64,000 nucleotides of DNA from Veleropilina oligotropha (Eukaryota), in NCBI GenBank assembly GCA_048128005.1, contig JBEUKZ010000071.1:124001-188000 (forward strand), in the 5' to 3' direction. Of this stretch, positions 24,880 to 37,768 are shown piece by piece (position 1 is the stretch's first letter; each line of letters opens with the position of its first letter). The position numbers were made by a program, and so were the translations under genes. The notes under the pieces are model-generated. The model searched no databases and had not been told where the DNA came from. It saw only the letters and a list, made by a program, of their open reading frames with translations.

Positions 24880-27711
24880 TAAAATGGGGTTTAACGCAGA
24901 ATCATCTGACATTTCTGTATGTGTTCTGTACATAAAGTGATTGTTTACATATCATATCTAAAAATAAAATTTAATTTATATGAAGTAATAAATGTTGATA
25001 TTGAATAAAAAGCGCATGCCTTTTATTCAATATCGACAATAACAACATTATTAGTTTTTTTACGATACCTTTAATTTTATTGGTTAGCATGCAATGCAAA
25101 TGCGAGTCGATGTAATGAGCATGTCGTCCTGGCCATTCGTCCGTCTGTCCGGCGTCAACAAATGGTTCTCCTGTTAAAGTTTTTCAATCATGCTATATAA
25201 GCAATAATATGCATGTTTTAACATTTGTATATGCTAGATATCACTATTTCATCGTTACCTCACACTAAATAAATAATTATGTCTCCCCTACCCTGTGGGG
25301 AGACATATTGTTTTTGTGCCGTCCGTCTGTCTGTCACGCTTTGGTTTCCGGACAATAACTACCTTTCCCTTTGAGTGATTTTGTTTATATTTGGTACACA
25401 GGTTGCTTATGAGGAGAGGTGGCTATAAATAGAATTTCCTAAATTTTCGATTGCGATTTGCTTTCCGGACGATAACTACTGTTCATACTTAGCGAACATG
25501 TTCATATTTACCAGGCAGGTTGCCTATCAGGATAGGACCCTTGAGATTGCAATTGAGGTCGATCGCTTAAAGGTCACATGACCTGTTGCTAAAAATAGAA
25601 TTTTGATTGAGATTTGCTTTCCTGTTGATATCTACCATTCATATTTAGCAATGTTGGTCATATTTAGCAGGAAGGTTGTCTATGAGGAAAGGATGCTTGG
25701 GATTGCGCTTGAGGTCAAAGGTCACATGAAATAGAATTTTTCAGAAATTTGATTGTGATTTGTTATCCAGCAGTTACTACCGTTTATTATTTAGCAGGCA
25801 GGTTGCATATGAAAAAAGTATGCTTTGGACTTGCATTTGATGTCAAAGGTCACATGACCTGTTGCTAAAATAGAATTTCAAGCAGGGGAGACATTCCTGT
25901 TATTCCAGACAATATTGAAGGTAATTTCCGTCAAATTTCACCATAAAATGCTGCTTTTGAACTGAAATTTTCGCTACGAGATTCTCAGCCATGCTATAAA
26001 AATAATAAGAAATAATATGCATGCTTTAGCATTACTATATGTTGGATATCACTATTTCATTGTTATCTGACCATAAATAAATAATATTGAAGATAATTGT
26101 GCCCTCACAAGCGAAGTTTAAGGGGGGGGCATATAGGAGTCAGCTTGTCTGTCTGTTGCAAAATCCCTTCTGCTCCATATCTACGATAATATTTTTTCTA
26201 GGTACACGGAACTTGATGCGTGGATGTGTCATAACCCAAAGGTGTCGCGTACCAAAAGTAGGCCACCGGGACCTACTTTTTACGCGTACCTGTTTGGTTC
26301 AAAATTACCTTCCGCTCCATATCTCCCATACTATTTGCCCGAGGGACACCACACTTGATGTGTGCATGCAACTTGACCCAAAGATGTGTCGCATACCAAA
26401 AGTAAGTCATCACTACGTACTTTTCACACTTACCTGCTGCTTTTGAACTTAGAAATTTTTGCTAAAGTTTCTCAAGCATGCTATATATGCAACAATTAAG
26501 GCATACTTTGGCATCTTCCTTTGTCAGATATCACTATTTCATTGTCATCTAACCCTAGAGTAGAAATATTGAAAGCAATTTAATTAAAATTCTGCATATA
26601 AATAGCCATTTTGGACAACGAAACAGACCAACATACTTTACTAAAATTCTTTTTGTTAAGTAACAAACAAACAAATCGCTCACGGAGCGATATTTGACCA
26701 AAAAAATGTTTTTGTGAAGTAAGTGGCCTGCTCCTTTATACATTTTCTGTCAACAATGTAGGGTAAGTTATGGTGAAATGACAGTATGGTACGACACATC
26801 GAGGGTGCTGGACCCGATTTGGTCAAGTCAAGAGGTATGAATATTCATGACGTCATAGCAGAATATCTAGCCATACGCTTATTATAGCGACACATACCAT
26901 ACGATGAACAATTTTATGGGAAAGAAGATGGTGGCAACCGGAAGTCTGTAGGGCAAGTAGTTTTTGCGCTAGCGCCGAAAATCGGAAATGACGTCAATAT
27001 CTGGATTCGCTTCCAGAATGTGACCAGATTCTACCTACTTAGAGATGTTTGAAGTATATACCTTTTGGTGAAATTTCAGTGTCATACGTTTAAAATTGTG
27101 GCCAGTAGAGCGGAGTTGTTGGTCAAGTCAAGGTATGAATATTATTGACGTCATAGCAGAAAATCTAGCCATACAGGGACACATACCATAAGATGCACAA
27201 TTTTATGGGGAAAAAGATGGCGGCAACTGGAAGTCTGTAGGCCAAGTAGTTTTTGCGCTAGCAGCGAAAAACGAAAATGACGTCATAATATCTGGATTCG
27301 TTGCCTGAATGTGACCAGGTTCTCTCTATTTTTGCAAGTAAAAATTAACAAGGTGTTGATAGAAGTTGACTCTTCTGAAAAAGCGCCCACAGGGTGATAT
27401 CTGCTGTTCATTATACTTTTCAGGGGTTACATGTTGCAATTTACAATATATTTCCTTGGCATGTATCACAGATAGTACCCTGACACCCCTGCGCGGTATC
27501 TTGCATAATTTCCCTCGCTCCGCTAATTATGAAAGAAATCTCCGCAGGAGTCGGGGTATTATCTATTACATACATACATATGGAGCCAATTGTAATACCC
27601 CCGCAGGCAAGGGAACATCTCCAGTGATGGCCAGGTGGTTAGTCCGCAGCCACTCCGACAGTTGCAGGAGTCAGTGTATTATCTATTACATACATACATA
27701 TGGAGCCAATT

Positions 27712-28500
27712 GTAATACCCCCGCAGGCAAGGGAACATCTCCAGTGATGGCCAGGCGGTTAGTCCGCAGCAAGGGAACATCTCCAGTGATGGCCAGGCGG
27801 TTAGTCCGCTAATACCCCCGCAGGCAAGGGAACATCTCCAGTGATGGCCAGGCGGTTAGTCCGCTAATACCCCCGCAGGCAAGGGAACATCTCCAGTGAT
27901 GGCCAGGCGGTTAGTCCGCTAATACCCCCGCAGGCAAGGGAACATCTCCAGTGATGGCCAGGCGGTTAGTCCGCTAATACCCCCGCAGGCAAGGGAACAT
28001 CTCCAGTGATGGCCAGGCGGTTAGTCCGCTAATACCCCCGCAGGCAAGGGAACATCTCCAGTGATGGCCAGGCGGTTAGTCCGCAGGCAAGGGAACATCT
28101 CCAGTGATGGCCAGGCGGTTAGTCCGCTAATACCCCCGCAGGCAAGGGAACATCTCCAGTGATGGCCAGGCGGTTAGTCCGCTAATACCCCCGCAGGCAA
28201 GGGAACATCTCCAGTGATGGCCAGGCGGTTAGTCCGCTAATACCCCCGCAGGCAAGGGAACATCTCCAGTGATGGCCAGGCGGTTAGTCCGCTAATACCC
28301 CCGCAGGCAAGGGAACATCTCCAGTGATGGCCAGGCGGTTAGTCCGCTAATACCCCCGCAGGCAAGGGAACATCTCCAGTGATGGCCAGGCGGTTAGTCC
28401 GCAGGCAAGGGAACATCTCCAGTGATGGCCAGGCGGTTAGTCCGCTAATACCCCCGCAGGCAAGGGAACATCTCCAGTGATGGCCAGGCGGTTAGTCCGC
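27712..28500. repeat. 55-bp minisatellite containing a SINE A-box
   Basis: Unit taatacccccgcaggcaagggaacatctccagtgatggccaggcggttagtccgc; the last unit runs into a SINE body. Confidence 0.9.
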
Positions 28501-28730
28501 AACCACTCCGACAGTTGTGTGGTTTGTGGACTCACTGGCTTCATTCCGCTGTCATGAACATAAGTGGGTTCGAACCTCGGTTGATACATTACATTATTTG
28601 TTCAAGTTATGAGTCACAATTGTCCGTAACTAGTTGGAGAGGGCGGGTTTCCCAGGGCGACCAGACTCTCTTCCCATGTCCTGCTTTGAACTGCCTCATG
28701 ATGGCTGGAAATATACACATGACATCCTGC
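28475..28730 (+). mobile_element. Diverged SINE of the same family as 19661
   Basis: tcactggcttcattccgc...gtgggttcgaacc...gtccgtaactagttggagagggcgggtttcccagggcgacc is similar to the SINE body at 19700-19900. Confidence 0.65.
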
Positions 28731-28935
28731 GTTAATATGGACATGTCCTGATTTGAACTGCCTAATGATGGCTGGATATATACACGACATCCCGCGTTAA
28801 TATGGACATGTCCTGCTTTGAACTGCCTCATGATGGCTGGAAATATACACATGACATCCCGCGTTAATATGGACATGTCCTGCTTTGAACTGCCTAATGA
28901 TGGCTGGATATATACACGACATCCCGCATTAATAT

Positions 28936-29600
28936 GTGGTTCCATGTGGCCGCCCCGGTAGTCGTGTGGTTCCGTGTGGCCGCCCCGGTAGTCGTGTGGT
29001 TCCATGTGGCTGCCCCGGTAGTCGTGTGGTTCCATGTGGCCGCCCCGGTAGTCGTGTGGTTCCATGTGGCCGCCCCGGTAGTCGTGTGGTTCCATGTGGC
29101 TGCCCCGGTAGTCGTGTGGTTCCATGTGGCCGCCCCGGTAGTCGTGTGGTTCCGTGTGGCTGCCCCGGTCGTCGTGTGGTTCCGTGTGGCCGCCCCGGTA
29201 GTCGTGTGGTTCCATGTGGCCGCCCCGGTAGTCGTGTGGTTCCATGTGGCCGCCCCGGTAGTCGTGTGGTTCCGTGTGGCTGCCCCGGTCGTCGTGTGGT
29301 TCCGTGTGGCCGCCCCGGTAGTCGTGTGGTTCCATGTGGCCGCCCCGGTAGTCGTGTGGTTCCGTGTGGCCGCCCCGGTAGTCGTGTGGTTCCATGTGGC
29401 TGCCCCGGTAGTCGTGTGGTTCCATGTGGCCGCCCCGGTAGTCGTGTGGTTCCATGTGGCCGCCCCGGTAGTCGTGTGGTTCCGTGTGGCTGCCCCGGTA
29501 GTCGTGTGGTTCCATGTGGCCGCCCCGGTAGTCGTGTGGTTCCGTGTGGCTGCCCCGGTCGTCGTGTGGTTCCATGCGGCCGCCCCGATAGTCGTGTGGT
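28936..29600. repeat. 30-bp minisatellite (gtggttccatgtggccgccccggtagtcgt)n
   Basis: About 22 tandem units; the long ORFs here are repeat artefacts. Confidence 0.95.
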
Positions 29601-29815
29601 ATCAAATTCAAACTCTGAAACACTGGCTTGATTGCGCTAGCTAACAGGAGAAGGTTCAAATCTTGGTTAGGACATTGGCATTATTTGTTCTGTCCATAAC
29701 TGGTCATCGAGGGCAGGTTTCCCCGGGGTTTCCTCCCGCGATGATATGGACATGCCCTGCCTTGAACCTGATGATGGTTGGAAATATACACGACATTAAG
29801 CATCGATCCTTTCCT
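29575..29815 (+). mobile_element. Diverged SINE
   Basis: cactggcttgattgcgct...ggttcaaatc...gagggcaggtttccccggggtttcctcccgcg...cattaagcatc. Confidence 0.7.
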
Positions 29816-29819
29816 TTCC

Positions 29820-30770
29820 ATGTGGTCGTCCCGGTGATGTGGTCGTCCATGGTCCATGTGGTCGTCCCGGTGACGTGGTCGCCCATGGTCCATGTGGTCA
29901 TCCCGGTGATGTGGCCATTCATGGTCCATGTGGTCGTCCCGGTGATGTGGTCATCCATGGTCCATGTGGTCGTCCTGCTGACGTGGTCGTCCATGGTCCA
30001 TGCAGTCGTCCCGGTGATGTGGTCGTCCATGGTCCATGTGGTCGTCCTGGTGATGTGGTCGTCCATGGTCCATGTGGTCATCCTGGTGACGTGGTCGTTC
30101 ATGGTCCATGTGGTCGGCCATGGTCCATGTGGTCATCCTGGTGACGTGGTCATCCCAGTGATGTGGTTGTCCATGGTCCATGTGGTCATCCTGGTGATGT
30201 GGTCGTCCATGTGGTCGTCCCAGTGATGTGGTCGTTCATGGTCCATGTGGTTGTCCCAGTGATGTGGTCGTCCATGGTCCATGTGGTCGTCCCAGTGATG
30301 TGGTCGTTCATGGTCCATGTGGTTGTCCCAGTGATGTGGTCGTCCATGGTCCATGTGGTCGTCCCAGTGACGTGGTCATCCATGGTCCATGTGGTCGTTC
30401 TGGTGACGTGGTCGTCCATGGTCCATGTGGTCATCCCAGCGATGTGGTCGTTCATGGTCCATGTGGTCGTCCCAGTGATGTGGTCATCCATGGTCCATGT
30501 GGTCGTCCTGGTGATGTGGTCGTCCATGGTCCATGTGGTCATCCCAGTGATGTGGTCATTCATGGCCCATGTGGTCGTCCGTGGTCCATGTGGTCGTCCA
30601 TGGTGTCGTCCTGGTGATGTGGTCGTCCTGGTGACGTGGTCGTCCATGGCCCATGTGGTCATCCCGGTGATGTGGTCGTTCATGGTCCATGTGGCCGTCC
30701 CGGTGATGTGGTCGTCCATGTGGTCGTCCCAGTGATGTGGTCGTCCATGGTCCATGCGGTCGTCCCGGTA
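29820..30770. repeat. ~36-bp degenerate minisatellite (gtggtcgtccatggtccatgtggtcgtcccagtgat)n
   Basis: Visible tandem array. Confidence 0.9.
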
Positions 30771-30992
30771 GTCTTGTGGTATCGAGTGCAGACTCTGAAA
30801 CACTGACTCGATTGCGCTAATTAACATGAGTGGGTTCGAATCTTTGTTGGGACATTGGCATTATTTGCAGTCATGTATCGCAATTTGCCGTAACTGGTCG
30901 GAGAGGGCAGGTTTCTCCAGTCTTTCCTCCAGCGATGATATGGACTGCCTGGAACATGATGGTTGTAAATATACAGGATATTAAGCATCAAC
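30755..30992 (+). mobile_element. Diverged SINE
   Basis: gtgggttcgaatc B-box, gagggcaggtttctcc core, attaagcatc tail. Confidence 0.7.
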
Positions 30993-31700
30993 ATTTTCAT
31001 GATTTCACACATATCCCCATGGGCGGCGCCATGGTCATGGGCTGTTTTAATCAAGATTCCTCTCAGTAGGCTCTGAGAGGATTACTGTCTGCAAACGCTA
31101 TGATTGGCATACTGATAATTTCTGTCATTATCAACTATTAACCAAGGCACTCTGATCAGCTCCAGCATGGTAAAATGAGACAAAATAATCTGTTTATTTG
31201 TCCAAGAGATGTCGCCTCTACCAGGGATTGGTTCAAACCTGTGCTTCCAGAGACCGCGTGTGTGTGTCACTGTGTGTGCGTGCGCGTGTGTGTGTGGTCA
31301 AACCTGTGCTTTCAGAGACTGCTCGAGTCAACTGTATTTGAATATAATGATATGGTGGGATTGATATTAGAACATTGAAGGCCACTGGACACTTATTCAA
31401 AATTTATTTTTCTAGTGATTAACGTACATATTCCCTTGAATTCATTATAATCGTGAGACAAATTTAAGTAAAAAAATAGTGTTGCGAGTATGTACATCAC
31501 CTATAATGCTATGATCACACCTACATTACACATTATTTAAAAGTACAAATACATGATACATGGGATGCAAAAATTCATCTATTTTAAAATAAATAAGACA
31601 CTAAACACATTGCGAGTGGCAGGGCATTACTGATGACATTATGGGATGTTGACTTCATCTGGGAATCTGAATGGTGAATCATTCAAGGAAGCGTCGACGT

Positions 31701-31783
31701 TTATTTCTCTTCCATTCCTGTTTGCGTCATCAGTTCTGCTATATTTCTCTCTAAATCGTCGATCTTGCCGCCCATGTCATCTA
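31701..31783 (-). CDS. HSBP1: HSBP1 exon 3
   Basis: IDDMGGKIDDLERNIAELMTQTGMEEK*; the spliced product is 74 aa. Confidence 0.92.
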
Positions 31784-32021
31784 GTGCTGAAGGTTAAGGA
31801 CAAAGTAATGGTAATTGGATAATCATATGACTAATGTACTCGACATTCAAGATCACCACAAGGACAACTTTGAACCAAATGTTTATATACAATTCTCAAG
31901 TATGTAAAACAACAATATAGCAGCTAGTAACAGTTTTAAAGTGGAACTAAAGGGTGGTATTGTTTGTGTAAAGATTGTAATATATGTATATATGTAATAT
32001 AAGTCAAAAGCAAAAGGATAT
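31784..32021 (-). other. HSBP1: U12-type AT-AC minor-spliceosome intron
   Basis: 5' ATATCCTTTT, branch site TCCTTAAC (31793-31800), 3' CAC; splicing preserves the HSBP1 frame. Confidence 0.9.
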
Positions 32022-32088
32022 TTTTCGTGATTATCTGGTCTGACATGTTCTGGAATTTGTCCTGCATCTGTTGCATGAGATTTTGAAC
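32022..32088 (-). CDS. HSBP1: HSBP1 exon 2
   Basis: tttcag|VQNLMQQMQDKFQNMSDQIITK, followed by the U12 donor ATATCCTT. Confidence 0.92.
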
Positions 32089-32239
32089 CTGAAATACAAA
32101 TTTCACACATATTATTAAAATCTAATACTTAAATATATGCAATCTCTCTCTCATATCTTTCGGTACTCCGTCATGATATAAACTCGCCTGACTGCGTTGT
32201 TGTGATGAGTTAAAAGTAGCTTTCGGTTCAGGTCAACAA

Positions 32240-33395
32240 GCCATACCACTTGGCACAGGGGTGTAAAGCCTGATGGCGAGCAGCGTGCCATACCACTTGG
32301 CATGGGGTGTAAAGCCTGATGGTGAGCAGCGGGTCATACCACATGGCACGGGGGTGTAAAGCCTGATGGTGAGCAGCGGGTCATAGCACATGGCACAGGG
32401 GTGTAAAGCCTGATGGTGAGCAGCGGGCCATACCACATGGCACGGGGGTGTAAAGCCTGATGGTGAGCAGCGGGCCATACTACTTGGTGCAGGGGTGTAA
32501 AGCCTGATGGTGAGCAGCGTGCCATACCACTTGGCGCAACGCCTGATGGTGATCAGCGGGCCATACCACTTGGCTCAGGGGTGTAAAGCCTGATGGTGAG
32601 CAGCATGCCATACCACTTGGCGCAGAGGTGTAAAGCCTGATGGTGAGCAGCGTGCCATACCACTTGGTGCAGGAATGTAAAACCTGATGGTGAGCAGCAG
32701 GCCATACCACTTGGCGCAGGGGTGTAAAGCCTGATGGTAAGCAACAGGTCATACCACTTGGCGCGGGGGTGTAAAGCCTGATGGTGAGCAGCGTGCCATA
32801 CCACTTGGCGCAGGGGTGTAAAGCCCGACGGTGAGCAGAGGGTCATACCACTTGGCACAGGGGTGTAAAGCCTGATGGTAAGCAGCGGGTCATACCACTT
32901 GGCATGGGGGTGTAAAGCCTGATGGTGAGCAGCGGGTCACCGCTTGGCGTGGGGATGTAAAGCCTGATGGTGAGCAGAGGGTCATACCACTTGGCACAGG
33001 GGTGTAAAGCCTGATGGTAAGCAGCGGGTCATACCACTTGGCATGGGGGTGTAAAGCCTGATGGTGAGCAGCAGGTCATACCACTTGGCACAGGGGTGTA
33101 AAGCCTGATGGTGAGCAGCGGGCCATACCACTTGGCGCGGGGGTGTAAAGCCTGATGGTGAGCAGCGGGTCATACCCCTTGGCACGGGGGTGTAAAGCCT
33201 GAGGGTGAGCAGCAGGTCATACCGCTTGGCGCTGGGGTGTAAAGCCTGATGGTGAGCAGCGGGCCATACCACTTGGCGTGGGGATGTAAAGCCTGATGGT
33301 GAGCAGCGGGCCATACCACTTGGCGTGGGGATGTAAAGCCTGATGGTGAGCAGCGGGTCATACCACTTGGCACAGGAATGTAAAGCCTGATGGTG
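32240..33395. repeat. ~47-bp minisatellite in HSBP1 intron 1
   Basis: Unit aaagcctgatggtgagcagcgggtcataccacttggcacaggggtgt. Confidence 0.92.
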
Positions 33396-33673
33396 GGCAC
33401 TGCACTCAAGTACAAAATTTAATGACTAGTTTAAATATACTTAGATTTACCAGTTGTGTAAATTGTCAGTGTAATTGTAATTAAGCCTTTGACCACGAGT
33501 CTAACCCGCACCATCAAATCAGTGCAGTCAGTGAGTTAATGGAGAAATACCTTCTTCTTCCAGGAAAGTGCGACCTCAAATGATCGAGGACAAATATGTG
33601 TACAATATGTGCATGCACGGGGCGGGAATCCGTTAATAAAAAGAGGTGTGCGATGTATTTACAGTGCAAGGTT

Positions 33674-35925
33674 AACAAGAGCTGTCAGAAGGACAGCATG
33701 CTCGACTATCAAAAGCTGGATCGATGAATGGAAATAATTTGGTAAAAATGAAGCTAGAGTTATGGCCCTTGTATTGCAAGTTCGCATAATGATGTGACAA
33801 GCGTATGAAGTTTCAAGGCTGTAGTGTGAACACTTTGTGAGAAAAGGCCCTTCATGCAAAATGTTAACCTGAATTTGACTTTGTGAGAAAAGGCCCTTCA
33901 TGCAAAACATTAACCTGAATTGTCTAAGTCGAAAAAGGGGAATAATTTGGTAAAATAACGAAGCCAGATTTATTACGCCTGTAATGTAAGGTCGCATAAT
34001 GACGTTGAACAAGTGTATGAAGTTTGAAAGGTGTAGTGTGAAAAATTTGTGAGAAAAGACCCTTCATGCAAAACATTAACCTGAATTGTCTAAGTCGAAA
34101 AAGGGGAATAATTTGCTAAAATAACGAAGCCAGATTTATTACGCCTGTAATGTAAGGTCGCATAATGACGTTGAACAAGTTTATGAAGTTTGAAAGGTGT
34201 AGTGTGAAAAATTTGTGAGAAAAGACCCTTCATGCAAAACATTAACCTGAATTGTCTAAGTCGAAAAAGGGGAATAATTTGGTAAAATAACGAAGCCAGA
34301 TTTATTACGCCTGTAATGTAAGGTCGCATAATGACGTTGAACAAGTGTATGAAGTTTGAAAGGTGTAGTGTGAAAAATTTGTGAGAAAAGACCCTTCATG
34401 CAAAACATTAACCTGAATTGTCTAAGTCGAAAAAGGGGAATAATTTGCTAAAATAACGAAGCCAGATTTATTATGCCTGTAATGTAAGGTCGCATAATGA
34501 CGTTGAACAAGTGTATGAAGTTTGAAAGGTGTAGTGTGAAAAAATTGTGGGAAAAGACCCTTCATGCAAAACATTAACCTGACTTGTCTAAGTCGAAAAA
34601 GGGGAATAATTTGGTAAAATAACGAAGCCAGATTTATTACGCCTGTAATGTAAGGTCGCATAATGACGTTGAACAAGTGTATGAAGTTTGAAAGGTGTAG
34701 TGTGAAAAATTTGTGAGAAAAGACCCTTCATGCAAAACATTAACCTGAATTGTCTAAGTCGAAAAAGGGGAATAATTTGGTAAAACAACGAAGCCAGAGT
34801 TATTACGCCTAATGACATTGAACAAGTGTATGAAGTTTGAAAAATTTGTGAGAAAAGACCCTTCATGTAAAATGTTAACCTGAAGTTTGACGCCAACGCC
34901 GACGACAGGGTGACTGCAATAGCTCGTACTATTTTAGAATAGTCGAGCTAACAAGAGCTGTCAGAAGGACAGCATGCTCGACTATCAAAAGCTGGATCGA
35001 TGAATGGAAATAATTTGGTAAAAATGAAGCTAGAGTTATGGCCCTTGTATTGCAAGTTCGCATAATGATGTGACAAGCGTATGAAGTTTCAAGGCTGTAG
35101 TGTGAACACTTTGTGAGAAAAGGCCCTTCATGCAAAATGTTAACCTGAAGTTGACTTTGTGAGAAAAGGCCCTTCATGCAAAACATTAACCTGAATTGTC
35201 TAAGTCGAAAAAGGGGAATAATTTGGTAAAATAACGAAGCCAGATTTATTACGCCTGTAATGTAAGGTCGCATAATGACGTTGAACAAGTGTATGAAGTT
35301 TGAAAGGTGTAGTGTGAAAAATTTGTGAGAAAAGACCCTTCATGCAAAACATTAACCTGAATTGTCTAAGTCGAAAAAGGGGAATAATTTGGTAAAATAA
35401 CGAAGCCAGATTTATTACGCCTGTAATGTAAGGTCGCATAATGACGTTGAACAAGTGTATGAAGTTTGAAAGGTGTAGTGTGAAAAAATTGTGAGAAAAG
35501 ACCCTTCATGCAAAACATTAACCTGACTTGTCTAAGTCGAAAAAGGGGAATAATTTGGTAAAATAACGGAGCCAGATTTATTACGCCTGTAATGTAAGGT
35601 CGCATAATGACGTTGAACAAGTGTATGAAGTTTGAAAGGTGTAGTGTGAAAAATTTGTGAGAAAAGACCCTTCATGCAAAACATTAACCTGAATTGTCTA
35701 AGTCGAAAAAGGGGAATAATTTGGTAAAATAACGAAGCCAGGTTTATTACGCCTAATATGTAAGGTCGCATAATGACATTGAACAAGTGTATGAAGTTTG
35801 AAAGTTGTAGTTTGAAAAATTTGTGAGAAAAGACCCTTCATGCAAAATGTTAACCTGAAGTTTGATGCCAACGCCGACGACAGGGTGACTGCAATAGCTC
35901 GTACTATTTTAGAATAGTCGAGCTA
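33674..35925. repeat. Two tandem copies of a ~1-1.3 kb repeat, each with internal 166-bp tandem units
   Basis: aacaagagctgtcagaaggacagc starts at ~33674 and ~34951; identical ORF fragments recur every 166 bp. Confidence 0.85.
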
Positions 35926-35934
35926 AAAACAAAG

Positions 35935-36330
35935 TGTCAGATGGTCAAGCTGATGAGTTCTTCATCCACGCTCTGAAGAAGCCGATGGAGGGAGAGAGCA
36001 GCGAGTCCTTCTCTAATCTGTTTCAGTCGCAGATGGTGCGGGGAAGAAGTAGTAGGAGTAGGCGTCGTGGCTGCACTGGAGTTGGAGCAACCGTGAGTTG
36101 TGTTGGACGAGACCAGTGAAACATAGGCTTGCCACTGGATAACGACTAGGTGGTTCATGATGCGGTACATCATGGCGAGGCGGCTATGCTTCCTCCTCTC
36201 TGCCAATGAGGGCCACTTAAACTCGTGTAGCATGGTGGTGACGCTGCTGGTTCGATGGTGGTCACTCATGACGTAGCAAGCGGCACGTCGCTGAACAGAA
36301 CTTGTTCAAGTTTATTGATGTTACCCTCCG
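35935..36330 (-). mobile_element. 3' fragment of a non-LTR retrotransposon (LINE) ORF2
   Basis: QRRAACYV...RTSSVTTMLHEFKWPSLAERRKHSRLAMMYRIMNHLV resembles the post-RT C-terminal region of CR1/L2-like LINEs. Confidence 0.7.
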
Positions 36331-37251
36331 ACAACCATAGTCAAACGAGTTGATAGAGAGATATCCTCTGACCAGTGTCACTCGCAGTCAGCAGTTGAGC
36401 GATACCCTCCGACCAGTGTCACTCACAGTCAAACGAGGTGATATAGAAATTTAAAATCCCTATAACCAGTGTCACTCACAGTCAGATGAGTTACGATGAA
36501 AGGGTCCCAGAGAAATACCCTATGACCAGTGTTTTGATTAGATTTGATTTGAATTAGTTTTACGACCACATTTTAACATGGATTCGGTCGTATCTGTAGT
36601 CGGGGTCACCGGTTTAACGTCTAATCCGACCGACTAAAAATATGTGCAATGCAGACGAGGTATACCTGTGACACTCCCGGGTTCGAACTCAGACATCTAG
36701 CGTCGCGATCCAGCAACCACTAAACTGCGGCCTCGTCACGGTCCAGCAACCACTCAACTACGGCCTCGTCGCGGTCCAGCAACCACTCGACTACGGCCTC
36801 GTCGGCTTTAAATTATTTTAAGTTCTCTGATGGATTTTGATATGTGCACCCCCAAATAATATTTTAAAAGCAAAAAGCTCGATTTTGAGATTGTTTCCTA
36901 TAAATAGATGTAATACAGGAAACACACGACATTATAACAAAGTATTTGCTATAGGCCTATAGTAAAAATGTATTGTTTTCATAATACTATACTAAATAAA
37001 TTTTTGTGCAGATAAGAGAGGTCCCGCCTGCACCTTCTTGGATCTGCCACAGCACAGATTTTTTTACAAATGAAATTCAAATTGTCTTCATTCCCGGGAA
37101 GTACAAACAAGTTAGCACTTGAATTTGCATAGCATGAATTGTCGTACAATTGTCGATGAATTGTGTAGAGAAAGATCATAAAAATAACACGATTTGGAAG
37201 GTTTACATTTATGACATTTAATGATAATGGTAAGGTTATTGTTCTACTTAC

Positions 37252-37326
37252 AAATGACGTTAATTCTTGAACATTTTTAGGATCTGCGCTGTTTGTAATG
37301 TAATCTTTTCCGGCGACGTCTGCCAT
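37252..37326 (-). CDS. HSBP1: Heat shock factor binding protein 1, exon 1
   Basis: MADVAGKDYITNSADPKNVQELTSF|gtaagt; DPKxVQxLT is the HSBP1 N-terminal motif. Confidence 0.88.
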
Positions 37327-37658
37327 TTTTGCAGCTTACTTGTGTAAAATAAACGTCAATAATGAATGCCGCATGCGCACTTCGGATATAAATAAAGATA
37401 TTTTACGACATTATTTTAGCAGTCAAAAAGCTAAAAAGTAGTCATTTTACAGCTTTTTAGCAAATATTCCGAATAATAATATTTTTAAAACGCATTTATA
37501 AATAATAAAGTGTTAGTTTACATTGGACATGATCATTTTAAAGTGTTTGTCGTAATATCGTTATGCAGAACAATTTTTGGCATAACAATCACGCGTTATT
37601 GTTGCAGGTGCGGTGCTGTCAACAATCTTTGCTAAAAACAACAATTAGTTATCACGCG

Positions 37659-37768
37659 ATGACGACTTCAGACAATGCACATAGAGAAGATCTTGTTACA
37701 TATATGAAAAATTTGAAAGTTTCAAATTCATCAAGACATTCCACGAACTTATCTACAAATGTCAATAG
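37659..37768 (+). CDS. FBXO15: F-box only protein 15-like, putative first coding exon
   Basis: ATG 37659, donor AG|gtatag; phase compatible with the next exon. Not conserved, so tentative. Confidence 0.5.

Noticed and set aside
28607..30827. Long ORFs (350, 236, 231, 213 aa) with repeated peptides
   Set aside because: They are translations of 30- and 36-bp minisatellites open in several frames; no splice or domain support.
33659..35786. Repeated 84-119 aa ORFs
   Set aside because: By-products of the 166-bp tandem unit inside HSBP1 intron 1.
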